From: Candidatus Lactobacillus pullistercoris
GTDB lineage: Bacteria; Bacillota; Bacilli; Lactobacillales; Lactobacillaceae
NCBI GenBank assembly: GCA_018883635.1
Contig: JAHLFT010000007.1
Location: 889-64,888, forward strand
DNA: 64,000 nucleotides
Direction: 5' to 3'
A program made the position numbers and the translations under genes. Below are positions 43,504-52,999 of this stretch, piece after piece (the first letter of the stretch is position 1; each line of letters starts with the position of its first letter). The notes under the pieces were generated by a model. That model searched no databases. It was given only the letters and a program-made list of their open reading frames with translations, and was not told the origin of the DNA.

Positions 43504-44557
43504 ATAAATTCCCCTTTTCATCCAATTTTGTCAAAGCTACGTTTTGTTTTTGCAAAAAGTCACATGCTTGCTTTTGCTTATCAGGATCACCATTGACCAA
43601 TACAACTAAAGTACCGATTGCCTCCTCATTTAGGAGCTCAACATTACCGTAAAGCATTGAGACTTCAACGCCAATTTTGCGGTAAAGCTCGATAATAATT
43701 GACTTAGTAACATTGGCAATGCTGTAGACGAGTTGGTAAACGGCTTGATCTTCACCTAATTTACCTAAATTAAGCGAATCAAGTGTCGAAATCGTCTCAA
43801 GTGAACCACCGACGAAGCGCTTGGTTAATTCTTGCTTAGGATGGAGGAAGACTTGCTTCAAATTGCCATTTTCAATGATGTGACCATTTTCCATGACCGC
43901 AACCTTGGTTGCAATCTTTTTAACTGCTTCCATTTCATGAGTAATCAAAATTACGGTCAGACCCAATTGTTTATTTAACTTCTTTAATAATTCCAGAATT
44001 TGGTTAGTATTTTGTGGATCTAAGGCACTAGTAGCTTCATCAGAAATTAAGATATCAGGTTCATTAGCTAAAGCCCGCGCAATTGCCACTCTTTGTTGCT
44101 GACCACCGGACAATTCGACTGGATAAAAGTTAGCCTTATCTTTTAAATCAACGAGTTCAAGAAGTTCCAGGGCTCTTTTTTCTAATTGTTCATCATTTAA
44201 ATCTGAATGCTTCAAGGCAAAGGCAACATTTTCCAAAACCGTGGTCTCATTAAGTAAGTTAAAGTGTTGAAAAATCATGCCAATCTTTCTGCGTTCGAGT
44301 TGCAGCTTCTTTGATGAGATTACTTGCTTACCATTTTTAACAAATTCCACGCCATTCACAGTAATGTCGCCACTAGTTGGCTTTTGTAAAAGATTGATGG
44401 TTCGCACTAAAGTTGACTTCCCGGCACCGGAAAAACCAACCATACCGTAGATTTCACCTTTATCAATATGAAGGGTAACATCATCGACGGCTTTGACAGT
44501 TTCGCCTTTTTTTTGCGTAAAATCAACATCAATATGATTTAATTCAATAATACTCAT
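43496..44557 (-). CDS. metN: methionine ABC transporter ATP-binding protein
   Basis: Walker [10 protein letters not shown], signature LSGGQQQR and a C-terminal NIL/ACT-like domain. Confidence 0.93.
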   Translation of the reverse strand: MSIIELNHIDVDFTQKKGETVKAVDDVTLHIDKGEIYGMVGFSGAGKSTLVRTINLLQKPTSGDITVNGVEFVKNGKQVISSKKLQLERRKIGMIFQHFNLLNETTVLENVAFALKHSDLNDEQLEKRALELLELVDLKDKANFYPVELSGGQQQRVAIARALANEPDILISDEATSALDPQNTNQILELLKKLNKQLGLTVILITHEMEAVKKIATKVAVMENGHIIENGNLKQVFLHPKQELTKRFVGGSLETISTLDSLNLGKLGEDQAVYQLVYSIANVTKSIIIELYRKIGVEVSMLYGNVELLNEEAIGTLVVLVNGDPDKQKQACDFLQKQNVALTKLDEKGNLYD

Positions 44558-44569
44558 AAAACCAAACTC

Positions 44570-45424
44570 CTATTTCAATTTAATGTCCCATGCAGCAATT
44601 TGACTCTTACCGTAGTATTTTTGATAGAGTTTCTTAGTCTCTTGTGTTTGGAAAGCTTTAACAACATCCTGGTATATCTTCTTGTTAGCTTTATCTTCGT
44701 TAGCACAAATCAAGTTGATCCATTGTTTTGAATCCTTGTTAACAGGTTCGATGTAAATAGTTTGCTTATCAGTTAAACCAGCAGGTGTTGCGTAATCATT
44801 ATTAACGATTGAAGCGTCAACTGATGAAAGCACGCGGCCGGTTTGTTCAGCGGAAACTTCCTTAATATTGTAATCATTTGGATTAGAAGTAATATCTGCA
44901 ACGGTGACTAATGTTTTATTCTTGCGCAATTTGATTAAGCCAGCATTCTTAAGAACGAAGAGTGCTCTTGATTCGTTAGTCGCATCATTTGGAATTGCGA
45001 TCGTAGCACCAGTTGGCAATTCATCTAAGTGATGATATTTGCGTGAGTACAAGCGAATCGGTGCAATGTAGGTCCGGCCGATTGCCTTAACGCCGCCACC
45101 ATTGGCTTTATTCCAAGAATCAAGGAAAGCGTAGTGTTGAAAGGCGTTTAAATCAATGTCGCCTGACTTCAATGCTTTATTTGGTTGATTATAATCAGTA
45201 AAGTTCTTTGTTTTAAGGATAATGCCATATTTTTCTTTGGCAGTTTTAGCAACACTCTTCCAGATTGCTTCTTCCTGCTTACTTTCACCAACTACCCCAA
45301 CGGTAACAACTTTTTGATTATTATTAAAATTCAATCCGGGGCCAAAACTGAACCAGCCGGCTACTACAATAATTACAGCAATAAGTGACCAGATAATGGT
45401 ATTGCGTCGTCTTCTCTTTCTCAT
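44570..45424 (-). CDS. metQ: methionine ABC transporter substrate-binding protein (NlpA/MetQ family)
   Basis: MetQ-like sequence. The likely start is MRKRRRR at 45424. The longer track ORF would overlap the T-box terminator. It has an N-terminal TM anchor and no lipobox Cys. Confidence 0.88.
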   Translation of the reverse strand: MRKRRRRNTIIWSLIAVIIVVAGWFSFGPGLNFNNNQKVVTVGVVGESKQEEAIWKSVAKTAKEKYGIILKTKNFTDYNQPNKALKSGDIDLNAFQHYAFLDSWNKANGGGVKAIGRTYIAPIRLYSRKYHHLDELPTGATIAIPNDATNESRALFVLKNAGLIKLRKNKTLVTVADITSNPNDYNIKEVSAEQTGRVLSSVDASIVNNDYATPAGLTDKQTIYIEPVNKDSKQWINLICANEDKANKKIYQDVVKAFQTQETKKLYQKYYGKSQIAAWDIKLK

Positions 45425-45444
45425 TTTCTTCCCCTTTTTTAAAA

Positions 45445-45700
45445 AATAAAAAAGCATCCATCCCGAAAAGGACAAATGCTTCGTTTTACCACCTTTAGTT
45501 CATTTATTCATTCACACGAATAAACCTCAGTGACTGTCATATCAACAGTCTGCAATGTTAACGATTGCAACTCCGTCATTAGCTAAATATCACTAATGAT
45601 CATCATTCCAAGCCCATGTTCATTGCCGCTTATTTACTAACTCTCACCAACTATTAGTTCTCTTTAAAAATAAGTAAGGCAATTACTCTGCTTTTCAAGA
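45445..45700 (-). promoter_or_regulatory. T-box riboswitch leader (Met, specifier AUG) controlling metQNI
   Basis: The minus strand reads AAAGGTGGTAAAACGAAG, then a terminator AGCAUUUGUCC..GGGAUGGAUGCU plus U-run. Stem I elements AGAGA and GGTGAGAG are present. ATG sits in the specifier loop (45615-45617). Confidence 0.85.
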
Positions 45701-45723
45701 TGTTTAATTTTTTGATTGATAAT

Positions 45724-45752
45724 AATTTATCATCTGTTTTTCATTTTGTCAA
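45724..45752 (-). promoter_or_regulatory. sigma-A promoter for Met T-box leader
   Basis: The minus strand reads TTGACA - 17 nt - TAAATT. Confidence 0.55.
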
Positions 45753-45833
45753 ATAATTTTTTAATTATCAAATAAAATTATTTAGTAGCTTTTTATGGTA
45801 CGTGGTGGTTCCATTTGGTTAGAGGTGATATCC

Positions 45834-46076
45834 ATGTTAGAACAAACTCATTTTCGTGTAGAGAAAAAAGAACAAGATGCTTTTAAATTAATACTTGCAA
45901 ATGTTGGCTTAACTCCTAACGAAGCTTATAAAATTTTTAGACGTAAAACTATTGAAAGTGGTGGCATACAATTTGAAGTGAGTCAACCATCAACTAGACT
46001 TAAAGAAGCTTTAAAGAGTAAGGACTATATTGAATTTGATTCTGCAAAAGAAGGATTGGATTGGTTAAATGACTGA
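45834..46076 (+). CDS. type II antitoxin, RelB/DinJ family
   Basis: 80 aa (MLEQTHFRVEKKEQDAFKLILANVGLTPNEAYKIF...) with an AGAGGTGA Shine-Dalgarno. The stop overlaps the toxin ATG by 8 nt. Confidence 0.8.
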   Translation: MLEQTHFRVEKKEQDAFKLILANVGLTPNEAYKIFRRKTIESGGIQFEVSQPSTRLKEALKSKDYIEFDSAKEGLDWLND

Positions 46077-46352
46077 CAAATATATTTACAAGCCAGCCTT
46101 TGAATCAAAATTTAAAAAACACTATAAAAAATGCTTAAAGGTGGTAAATATTCAAAAAAAGATTTTGAAGAAGTTTACGAGCTTCTTTTAAAAGATTTAT
46201 CACTCCCCAGTAGATATAATGGTCATCCCACAGTCAATAGGAAACCCGAACGAGATTTACATATTAAACCTGACTGGATACTTATTTACAAATATGATGT
46301 GGATTTTGTTAGATTTATTGATACTGGAAGTCATTCAGACCTTTTTGGCTAA
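46069..46352 (+). pseudogene. YafQ/RelE-family toxin split by a frameshift at an A6 tract
   Basis: The frame from ATG 46069 gives MTDKYIYKPAFESKFKKHYKK. The rest (MLKGGKYSKKDF...RDLHIKPDWILIYKYD...TGSHSDLFG) is in the other frame from 46131. The junction is the A6 run at 46126-46131, and one extra A fuses the two parts. Confidence 0.8.
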
Positions 46353-46370
46353 TATTAAAAAATTTAAATT

Positions 46371-46419
46371 AAATACCGATATATTAAATTCTCAAAGAAA
46401 AGATATATCGGTATTTTTA
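46371..46419. terminator. bidirectional terminator
   Basis: 13-bp arms aataccgatatat / atatatcggtatt. Confidence 0.7.
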
Positions 46420-48836
46420 ATTTCGTCCAGCATTCTTGCGGCCGCGATGATATGCCTCATGTAAATCTCTAAAAGTCATATCGTGACCTTTTTGATCATA
46501 AACAACCAGCACTTCCGCAATGCCATCCGCAATATGCGATAACCACCTAAAGATTGTAATTGCTGCAAAGAACAGCACGACCAAAGTAAAAATTGATCTT
46601 GGTCTCAACATAGTCAAAGCAAAAATATTATGTAAGAAAATGATTGATAGAACTACTCCTAAAAGTGAAATCACCATTACTGCTAAACGATATTTATTCA
46701 GCGGCGCCGAAATATGATACATTACCATGCTGCCAACTAAAATTAATAAAAATGTTGCAGTCGTGCCGACTTGATCATGATCTAAGCTGATGAAGCTACC
46801 AAAAATCACAAGAATAGCCACCGCTAGCCAGTCTGTTAATCCACCAGGGAAGGCTTTGGCCAGCACGTTCGGAATAAACTTTCCGCGAATCCGATTATGA
46901 TTACTTTCAAGTGCTAACAAGAATGATGGGGTCCCGATCGTGAAAGCGGAAATCAAAGTAATCTGCGATGGTTGAAGCGGATAATCGATAGTCATGATTA
47001 ACGCAAACAGCGCCATCAAAAGTGAGAAAATATTTTTCACTAAAAACAAACTAGCTGAATGTTGTTAACTACCCGGCGTCCTTCATTCACAACTTCCGAC
47101 ATTTTAGCAAAATTCGAATCAAGCAAGACCACTTGGGAGACTTGCACTGCCGCAGAATTTCCCGAAGCCATAGCAATGGAACAATCTGCCTTTTTCATTG
47201 CTAAAATATCGTTAACTCCATCACCGGTCATGGCAACTGTATTGCCCGTTTTTTGCAGAGCTGTCACAAATTTTCGTTTTTCTTCAGGCTTGACGCGACC
47301 AAAAACATTGTATTTTTGGACCGCTTCTTCATAACCATCTTCAGAAATCGTTTGGGCATCAATATATTGTTCAGCCCCTGCAATTCAGGCTTGACTGGCC
47401 ACGCGTGAAACCGTCAGTGGATTATCGCCTGAAATAACTTTGATCGCTACGCCCTGTTTAGCAAAGTATTCAAAGGTTGCTTTAGCTTCTTTTCGAATTG
47501 GATTGGTCAATAATAAGTAGCCCAGTGGTTTAACTTCTTCAGTTAATTGCGAATTATCCTCGCTCAATTCCGCTGGATACTCAGCAACGATCAAAACACG
47601 ATAGCCTTCCTTGGTGTAATTTTCAAATTCAGCTCGGTATTGGTCAAACTGCTGCCACAAAACCATTTCCGGAGCTCCAATCAGAATTGTTTTTTGGTCA
47701 AAAACAACACCCGAATATTTATTAACGGACGTAAAAGGTACAATTTGCTTTGCCACTTTTTCACCATTAGGAAAATACTCTTTAATAGCCTTCATCGTGG
47801 CATTATCAGCCGGCATATTTTTTACAAAATCGGCGATAGTTTGCTTCAAATCAGTTAATTGACCTTGATTTATTTTAGATAAAACCGCTTTTTCAACGTC
47901 CATCTTTGGTTCAGTGATGGTACCTGTTTTATCAACACACAAAACATTAACCCGCGCCAAAGTTTCAACACTCTTCATGTCGTGGAGCATTATTTCCCGG
48001 CGGGCAAGCCGAGTTGTCGATAAAGCCAAAGCAATCGTCGTTAAAAGATAGAGTCCTTCCGGAATCATCCCGATCAAAGCTGCTTCCATTGAAACAACAC
48101 TGCGCTTTAATCCGGCATTATTAAAGAAGTATGATTGACTAAATAAGGCGATTCCTAACGGAATAATGATGATCCCGACCCATTTGATCAAACTATTGAT
48201 TGACCGCACCATTTCGGATTGCTCAACTGTGCCCATCGCTTTAGCTTCAATCGTCAATTTGGAAATATATGATTCTTTACCGACCTTGACAAGTTTGGCA
48301 ACTGCTTGACCAGAGACAACAAAGGACCCAGACATTAAGTCACTATTTGGAATTTTCTTAATTTCATCGGATTCCCCTGTCAACAGCGATTCATTGACCC
48401 GTATTTCTCCGGAAACGACCACGGCATCAGCTGGAATTTGGTCACCGGTTTTTAAAACAATTAAATCGTCTTGCACTAAATCTTCAATGGCGACCTTGAC
48501 CTGCTCATCGTCACGAATTGCCATGATATGAGTGGCATTCATAACGTTTAATTTACTCAAGATTCTTTTAGCTCGAATTTCTTGAACAATTCCAATTACC
48601 GTATTCAAAATGATGACAGGCAAAAAGGTTAGATCGTTAAAGGCGCCTACAAAGACAAGTAAGAGCGCCAAAATTAAGAAGATCAAGTTAAAGTAAGTAA
48701 AAACATTTTCTTTGATGATCTGTGAATTACATTTAAATTGATCATCAACTGCTTTATTGACAAGACCTTCTTTGATCCGTTGAACGACTTGCTCTTTTGT
48801 TAAACCTTTCTGATTATTAATAGTTGAATTTTCCAT
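46417..48836 (-). pseudogene. cation-translocating P-type ATPase (P2-like) with an in-frame TGA and a frameshift
   Basis: TGES, DKTGTITE and GDGVNDILAMKKAD motifs spread over three ORFs. TGA at 47385-47387 is in frame with the next piece (same frame, open in between). A frameshift near 47050-47056 lies inside NNIQ..ASLFLVKNIF. Confidence 0.85.
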
Positions 48837-48879
48837 TTTCTTCTCCGCTAAAACACTTTTCTAGTATTATAGCGAAAAA

Positions 48880-48912
48880 AGAAAATTCCCGCATTTCTGC
48901 GAGAATTTTTTA
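48880..48912. terminator. hairpin terminator
   Basis: aaaattcccgca / tgcgagaatttt stem with one mismatch, with T-runs on both strands. Confidence 0.55.
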
Positions 48913-48938
48913 TTTTCTTTTTAAACTTTATTTTTAAA

Positions 48939-49127
48939 TTATTTACTTACTTTTTGGTGGTAACTACAGATAATGCCCATGTGCCATTCAAAAATACCGC
49001 AAGTGACAATTGCTTCGTCAAGACCTGCCCACCACATTGGTGAGGTCTTCATGCCTAATACAATATCGACAATAAACAAAACAATTGCAATCAAAAGAAT
49101 GATGCCTGAAATAGCAATTTTATTCAT
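48939..49127 (-). CDS. hypothetical small membrane protein (62 aa)
   Basis: One clear and one weaker hydrophobic segment. Weak Shine-Dalgarno. Sits between the HTH gene and a terminator. Confidence 0.35.
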   Translation of the reverse strand: MNKIAISGIILLIAIVLFIVDIVLGMKTSPMWWAGLDEAIVTCGIFEWHMGIICSYHQKVSK

Positions 49128-49166
49128 TTTCTTTAGACTTCTTCTAAATCACTATCTACCTTACTT

Positions 49167-49490
49167 TCAGCGATAAATTCTTCCATTACTTTTGGTAGAG
49201 ATTTCACCGACTTCATACAAAGCTACAGTTGAAGGACTCCAACCAATAATCTGTGTAAATTTCTTTTGCGATAATTGCCACTTTTTACGTAAAGCTTTAA
49301 TCTCTTCAGGTTTAACAATGTTAAACTTTTTACGATATTCTTCTTGTGCCATCTTAATAGCTGCATTATCAAGAGTCATGTCTGGAACTATTTCTTGCGT
49401 AGCATCTTCCAAGCGAGCGGGAGCAGTTATCTCGATTTCTTTGCCTCTAATATTAAAAGTATTGGTATAGTTTTTAATCGAAGTAGTCAT
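49167..49490 (-). CDS. HTH (XRE/MqsA-like antitoxin family) protein, possibly C-terminally truncated
   Basis: The C-terminal half EIKALRKKWQLSQKKFTQIIGWSPSTVALYEVGE is an XRE-type HTH. The layout resembles MqsA-like antitoxins but lacks the Zn-finger cysteines. Confidence 0.55.
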   Translation of the reverse strand: MTTSIKNYTNTFNIRGKEIEITAPARLEDATQEIVPDMTLDNAAIKMAQEEYRKKFNIVKPEEIKALRKKWQLSQKKFTQIIGWSPSTVALYEVGEISTKSNGRIYR

Positions 49491-49708
49491 AGTGGCTTCC
49501 TTAATATATGGCTGAGTGAAAAGAGATAAATTTCACCATACTTAAATCTGTAGCAAACTTACATTTTATGTAATAGACAATTCCAACATCTATCTCATAA
49601 ATCTAAAAATATTTTACCATGAATTCATATTATTTATTCCTTTCTACACTTTTAATTACGCAAATAAATTCATTTTTATCATCAAGAAAAGTAAACTTTA
49701 CGATTTCT

Positions 49709-49751
49709 TAAAAAATAAGTACGTTACTTGTTAATTAGTAACGTACTTATT
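49709..49751 (-). terminator. rho-independent terminator after folA
   Basis: Perfect 15-bp arms aataagtacgttact / agtaacgtacttatt plus a T-run on the minus strand. Confidence 0.85.
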
Positions 49752-49763
49752 ACTTTTACCAAA

Positions 49764-50267
49764 TTAATTTCTCTGATAAGTCAAAAAAGTATACGGATAC
49801 TTATTCTTCTCGTCAGCATCATGGTGCTCTTTTTTCACCAATTTAAACTGATCATACTCAATCTCCGGCATAACGGTATCGGCCTTAAAAGTAGCTTCGA
49901 TTTCTGTCTTTTCTAAAACATCTACTTGATCAAGCAATATCTTAAAAATTGACACGCCACCAATCGCACACAATTTTTCATCTTGATGTTTATCAAGATA
50001 TTTATTCAGCTCAGCTACAGACGAAACAATGACTACTTGATCATTATCCTGGTACTTTTCTTTCAAAGTTTGATCATGGGTCAAGACAATATGCTTTCTC
50101 CCTGGCAACAATTTCGGAAAACTCATAAAAGTTTTTCTACCCATAATAATGGGATGCCCCATCGTTTCTTCTTTAAAATGATGCATGTCAGCTGGCAAAT
50201 GCCAGGGCAAATGTCCGTTCAATCCAATCTGATGTTTCTGATCTTCTGCCCAAACATATTCAATCAT
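49764..50267 (-). CDS. folA: dihydrofolate reductase
   Basis: DHFR motifs (IGLNGHLPW, IMGRKTF, GG..IF). The likely ATG is at 50267, after AGGTGA. Confidence 0.93.
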   Translation of the reverse strand: MIEYVWAEDQKHQIGLNGHLPWHLPADMHHFKEETMGHPIIMGRKTFMSFPKLLPGRKHIVLTHDQTLKEKYQDNDQVVIVSSVAELNKYLDKHQDEKLCAIGGVSIFKILLDQVDVLEKTEIEATFKADTVMPEIEYDQFKLVKKEHHDADEKNKYPYTFLTYQRN

Positions 50268-50276
50268 TTTGTTCAC

Positions 50277-51233
50277 CTACACTGCTACCGGAGCTTTAAT
50301 CGTACCATGATGTTTGTAGTCCAGCACCTTAATATCATCCATCTCAAACTCATCGATCTTTTTCTTATCAGGATTAAGCCAAAGAGTTGGTGAATCATAC
50401 GGTTTTCTGGTCAGCAGTTCCTCAACTTGCTTAAAGTGATTGCGGTAAATATGAGCATCCCCAATCGTATGGACAAACTCACCTACTTCAAGATTAGTTT
50501 GCCACGCAATTAAACTCAGCAAAAGTGAATAGCTGGCAATGTTAAAAGGAACACCTAAAAACATGTCACCACTGCGTTGATAAAGCTGCAGGCTTAATTT
50601 GCCATTAGCCACATAAAACTGGAACAAAACATGGCACGGTGGTAACGCACTGAAAGGCACATCTTCTGGATTCCAAGCTGTAACAATCATTCTACGTGAA
50701 TCCGGCGTTTTTTGAATCTGCTTAATCACATTGTCAATTTGATCAATGAAACCGCCCTCTCGCTTTTGCCAGTGCCGCCATTGTGCCCCATAGACATCAC
50801 CGAGATCGCCATATTTATCAGCAAAAGCTTGATCTGTTAAAATTCTTTGATCAAACTTCTTTTTCTCTTCTTGATATATTTTGTTAAAATCTGGATCTGC
50901 TTGACTGCGCAAGCCAAAGTCGGTCATGTCCGGGCCTTGGTATTCATCTGAATAAACCCAATTTTTAAAAGCCCATTCGTCCCAAATATGATTATGATGT
51001 TCAAGCAAAAAACGAATGTTAGTATCCCCTCTTAAGAACCAGAGAAGCTCACTTTTGATTAAGCCAAAAGGTACTTTTTTAGTTGTCAAAATGGGAAAGC
51101 CTTCTAATAAATCAAAGCGCATTTGTGCACCAAACAGGCTTTTAGTTCCGGTGCCAGTCCGATCAGATTTATAGTTGCCTTGATCCATAATTTTTCTTAA
51201 TAAGTCTAAGTATGGTTGTTCTAAAATTGCCAT
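50277..51233 (-). CDS. thyA: thymidylate synthase
   Basis: Catalytic motif LPPCH and conserved DRTGTGT and GDAHIY. The likely start is [12 protein letters not shown] at 51233. Confidence 0.97.
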   Translation of the reverse strand: MAILEQPYLDLLRKIMDQGNYKSDRTGTGTKSLFGAQMRFDLLEGFPILTTKKVPFGLIKSELLWFLRGDTNIRFLLEHHNHIWDEWAFKNWVYSDEYQGPDMTDFGLRSQADPDFNKIYQEEKKKFDQRILTDQAFADKYGDLGDVYGAQWRHWQKREGGFIDQIDNVIKQIQKTPDSRRMIVTAWNPEDVPFSALPPCHVLFQFYVANGKLSLQLYQRSGDMFLGVPFNIASYSLLLSLIAWQTNLEVGEFVHTIGDAHIYRNHFKQVEELLTRKPYDSPTLWLNPDKKKIDEFEMDDIKVLDYKHHGTIKAPVAV

Positions 51234-51302
51234 GAATAATCCTCTTTCAAAAATCAATTCATGTTTAGACTACCATATATATTGATTTTTATTAAATAAA
51301 AC

Positions 51303-52694
51303 TCAATATTTTGTGGTTTCACCCTTGTAACGAATTAAATAAGTGATTGTTGCCGCAATTAAAACAATGGCTCCGACCAAGACAGAAATTCGAGTATCCG
51401 GATTGATAAACATAAAGATCACGATTACCAATAACATTGCGAAGGCAAAATAATTTGAGAATGGATAAAGTGGTAATTTGAAAGGATGATCAGTTAATTT
51501 ATCTGGATTATGCTTCCTAAATCTCAATTCTGCTAGCAAAATCACAAACCATGGAATCATACCTGGTAAAACTGAGGAACTGAAAACCACGACGAATAAT
51601 TCAGAAGCTGAATGGAAATGACTTGAAGCGAAAATATTTAGGATAAAACCGATAAAGATCCCACCAGTAATTCCCATAATTGCCCGATCAGGAACAATTC
51701 TCTTAGAAATATGCTTAAAAGTCTTCGGTGCATCCCCATCATGTGAGAGCTTGAACAGCATCCGGCTTGAAGAGTAAATTCCTGAGTTGGCTCCTGACAA
51801 AGCAGCGGTTAAAACAACAAAGTTAATGATACTTGCGGCTGCAGTAATTCCGACTTTGGCAAATGTGGTAACAAATGGCGAACCAAGTGAATCAAGTTGA
51901 TTCCAAGGATAAATGGTTACAATAACGAAAATAGCACCAACATAGAAAATCAAAATTCTGAAGAGAACAGATTTTACACTTTTTACAATTGCTTCATGTG
52001 GGTGAGCTACTTCACCTGCAGAAATTCCGAGCAACTCGATCCCTTCATATGAACCTACAATAATAGACATGGAGAAGAAGAAGCCTTTAAGACCACCGGT
52101 GAAGAAGCCGCCGTGAGCCCAGAGATTGTTGAAACCGGTTGGATGACCGCCGTTGCCAACACCGAAGAAGATCACGATGAAACCTAAGATAATCATTAAG
52201 ATGATTGTGACTACTTTGATCATCGCAAACCAAAATTCGAGGGATGCATAGGCTTTGGCAGAAGCAAGATTTGCCAGTAAGAGAAAGGCAATGATAATCA
52301 ATCCGGACCAAAGCGCACTGATGTTAGGCCACCAGTATTTTAGATATTCGGTGGCAGCAACAACTTCTGACATCCCAACGACGATATATTCAAAGACATT
52401 CGCCCACTCAGCTAAGTAACCTGCTAGCGGATGTACGTATTCTGTTGCGTAATCTGCAAATGACCCAGTACCAGGATTGATGTACAGCATTTCTCCTAGT
52501 GCCCGCATAACGATATAAAGAATTAGTCCAACAAACATGTATGCAAGAAGCACTGACGGACCTGTCCACTTAATTGTTGACCCTGACCCCATGAATAAAC
52601 CAACCCCGATCGCTCCTCCAAGGGAAATCATTTCCATTTGACCGGCTGACATTGTCCTGTTTAATTGAGGCATTTTATGTTTTTTATGTTTCAT
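51303..52694 (-). CDS. APC-family amino acid permease
   Basis: 463 aa with 12 TM segments and the N-terminal consensus MISLGGAIGVGLFMGSG. Confidence 0.88.
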   Translation of the reverse strand: MKHKKHKMPQLNRTMSAGQMEMISLGGAIGVGLFMGSGSTIKWTGPSVLLAYMFVGLILYIVMRALGEMLYINPGTGSFADYATEYVHPLAGYLAEWANVFEYIVVGMSEVVAATEYLKYWWPNISALWSGLIIIAFLLLANLASAKAYASLEFWFAMIKVVTIILMIILGFIVIFFGVGNGGHPTGFNNLWAHGGFFTGGLKGFFFSMSIIVGSYEGIELLGISAGEVAHPHEAIVKSVKSVLFRILIFYVGAIFVIVTIYPWNQLDSLGSPFVTTFAKVGITAAASIINFVVLTAALSGANSGIYSSSRMLFKLSHDGDAPKTFKHISKRIVPDRAIMGITGGIFIGFILNIFASSHFHSASELFVVVFSSSVLPGMIPWFVILLAELRFRKHNPDKLTDHPFKLPLYPFSNYFAFAMLLVIVIFMFINPDTRISVLVGAIVLIAATITYLIRYKGETTKY

Positions 52695-52838
52695 TTTCTC
52701 ACCACTTAAGATTATTTTTTAAACTAAAAAGTGGCTGGAAAATCACTTCCAACCATTATTAGCGCTCTTATTTTATGCTATTCTCTTTTGTTAGACAACT
52801 AGTAATTTGGTATTTAATATGAAAAAAGTGGACGAGAG

Positions 52839-52867
52839 TTTACCAATGAGTTTTAAATTGGTATAAT
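52839..52867 (+). promoter_or_regulatory. promoter for tRNA-Ser
   Basis: TTTACC - 17 nt - TATAAT with an extended TG (TGGTATAAT). Confidence 0.55.
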
Positions 52868-52878
52868 AACTTTGTTTC

Positions 52879-52968
52879 GGAGAGTTGGCAGAGTGGTAAT
52901 GCACCGGACTCGAAATCCGGCGAACCGAGTTTTTCCTCGGCGCGCAGGTTCAAATCCTGTACTCTCCT
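52879..52968 (+). tRNA. tRNA-Ser (anticodon CGA)
   Basis: Hand-folded cloverleaf. Acceptor GGAGAGT/ACTCTCC. Anticodon arm CCGGA-CTCGAAA-TCCGG. Long variable arm CCGAG..CTCGG. T-arm GCAGG-TTCAAAT-CCTGT. No encoded CCA. Confidence 0.93.
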
Positions 52969-52999
52969 TATAATTACTTTATAAAGTCTTAAGATCTTT

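Noticed and set aside
45425-45475. N-terminal extension of metQ in the ORF track (MSFSGWMLFYFLKKGKK).
   Set aside because: The extension is encoded by the terminator hairpin and U-run of the Met T-box leader. The ATG at 45424 has a proper AAGGGGAAG Shine-Dalgarno. Similar artefactual extensions were trimmed for prmA, thyA, ybeY, the GNAT and glpF.
47385-47387. In-frame TGA in the P-type ATPase as possible selenocysteine or programmed read-through.
   Set aside because: No SECIS-like hairpin follows the codon. A second independent frameshift disrupts the same gene, and the aligned position is expected to be an ordinary residue (probably Gly).
49983-50393. 136-aa plus-strand ORF.
   Set aside because: It is antisense to the highly conserved folA and thyA coding sequences and spans their junction. 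It has no Shine-Dalgarno and its composition is typical of an antisense artefact. The same reasoning applies to the other embedded antisense ORFs (for example 21767-22126 in aspS, 37875-38255 in ldh, 41869-42228 in fumC, 28901-29218 in dtd and 39877-40230 in frd).
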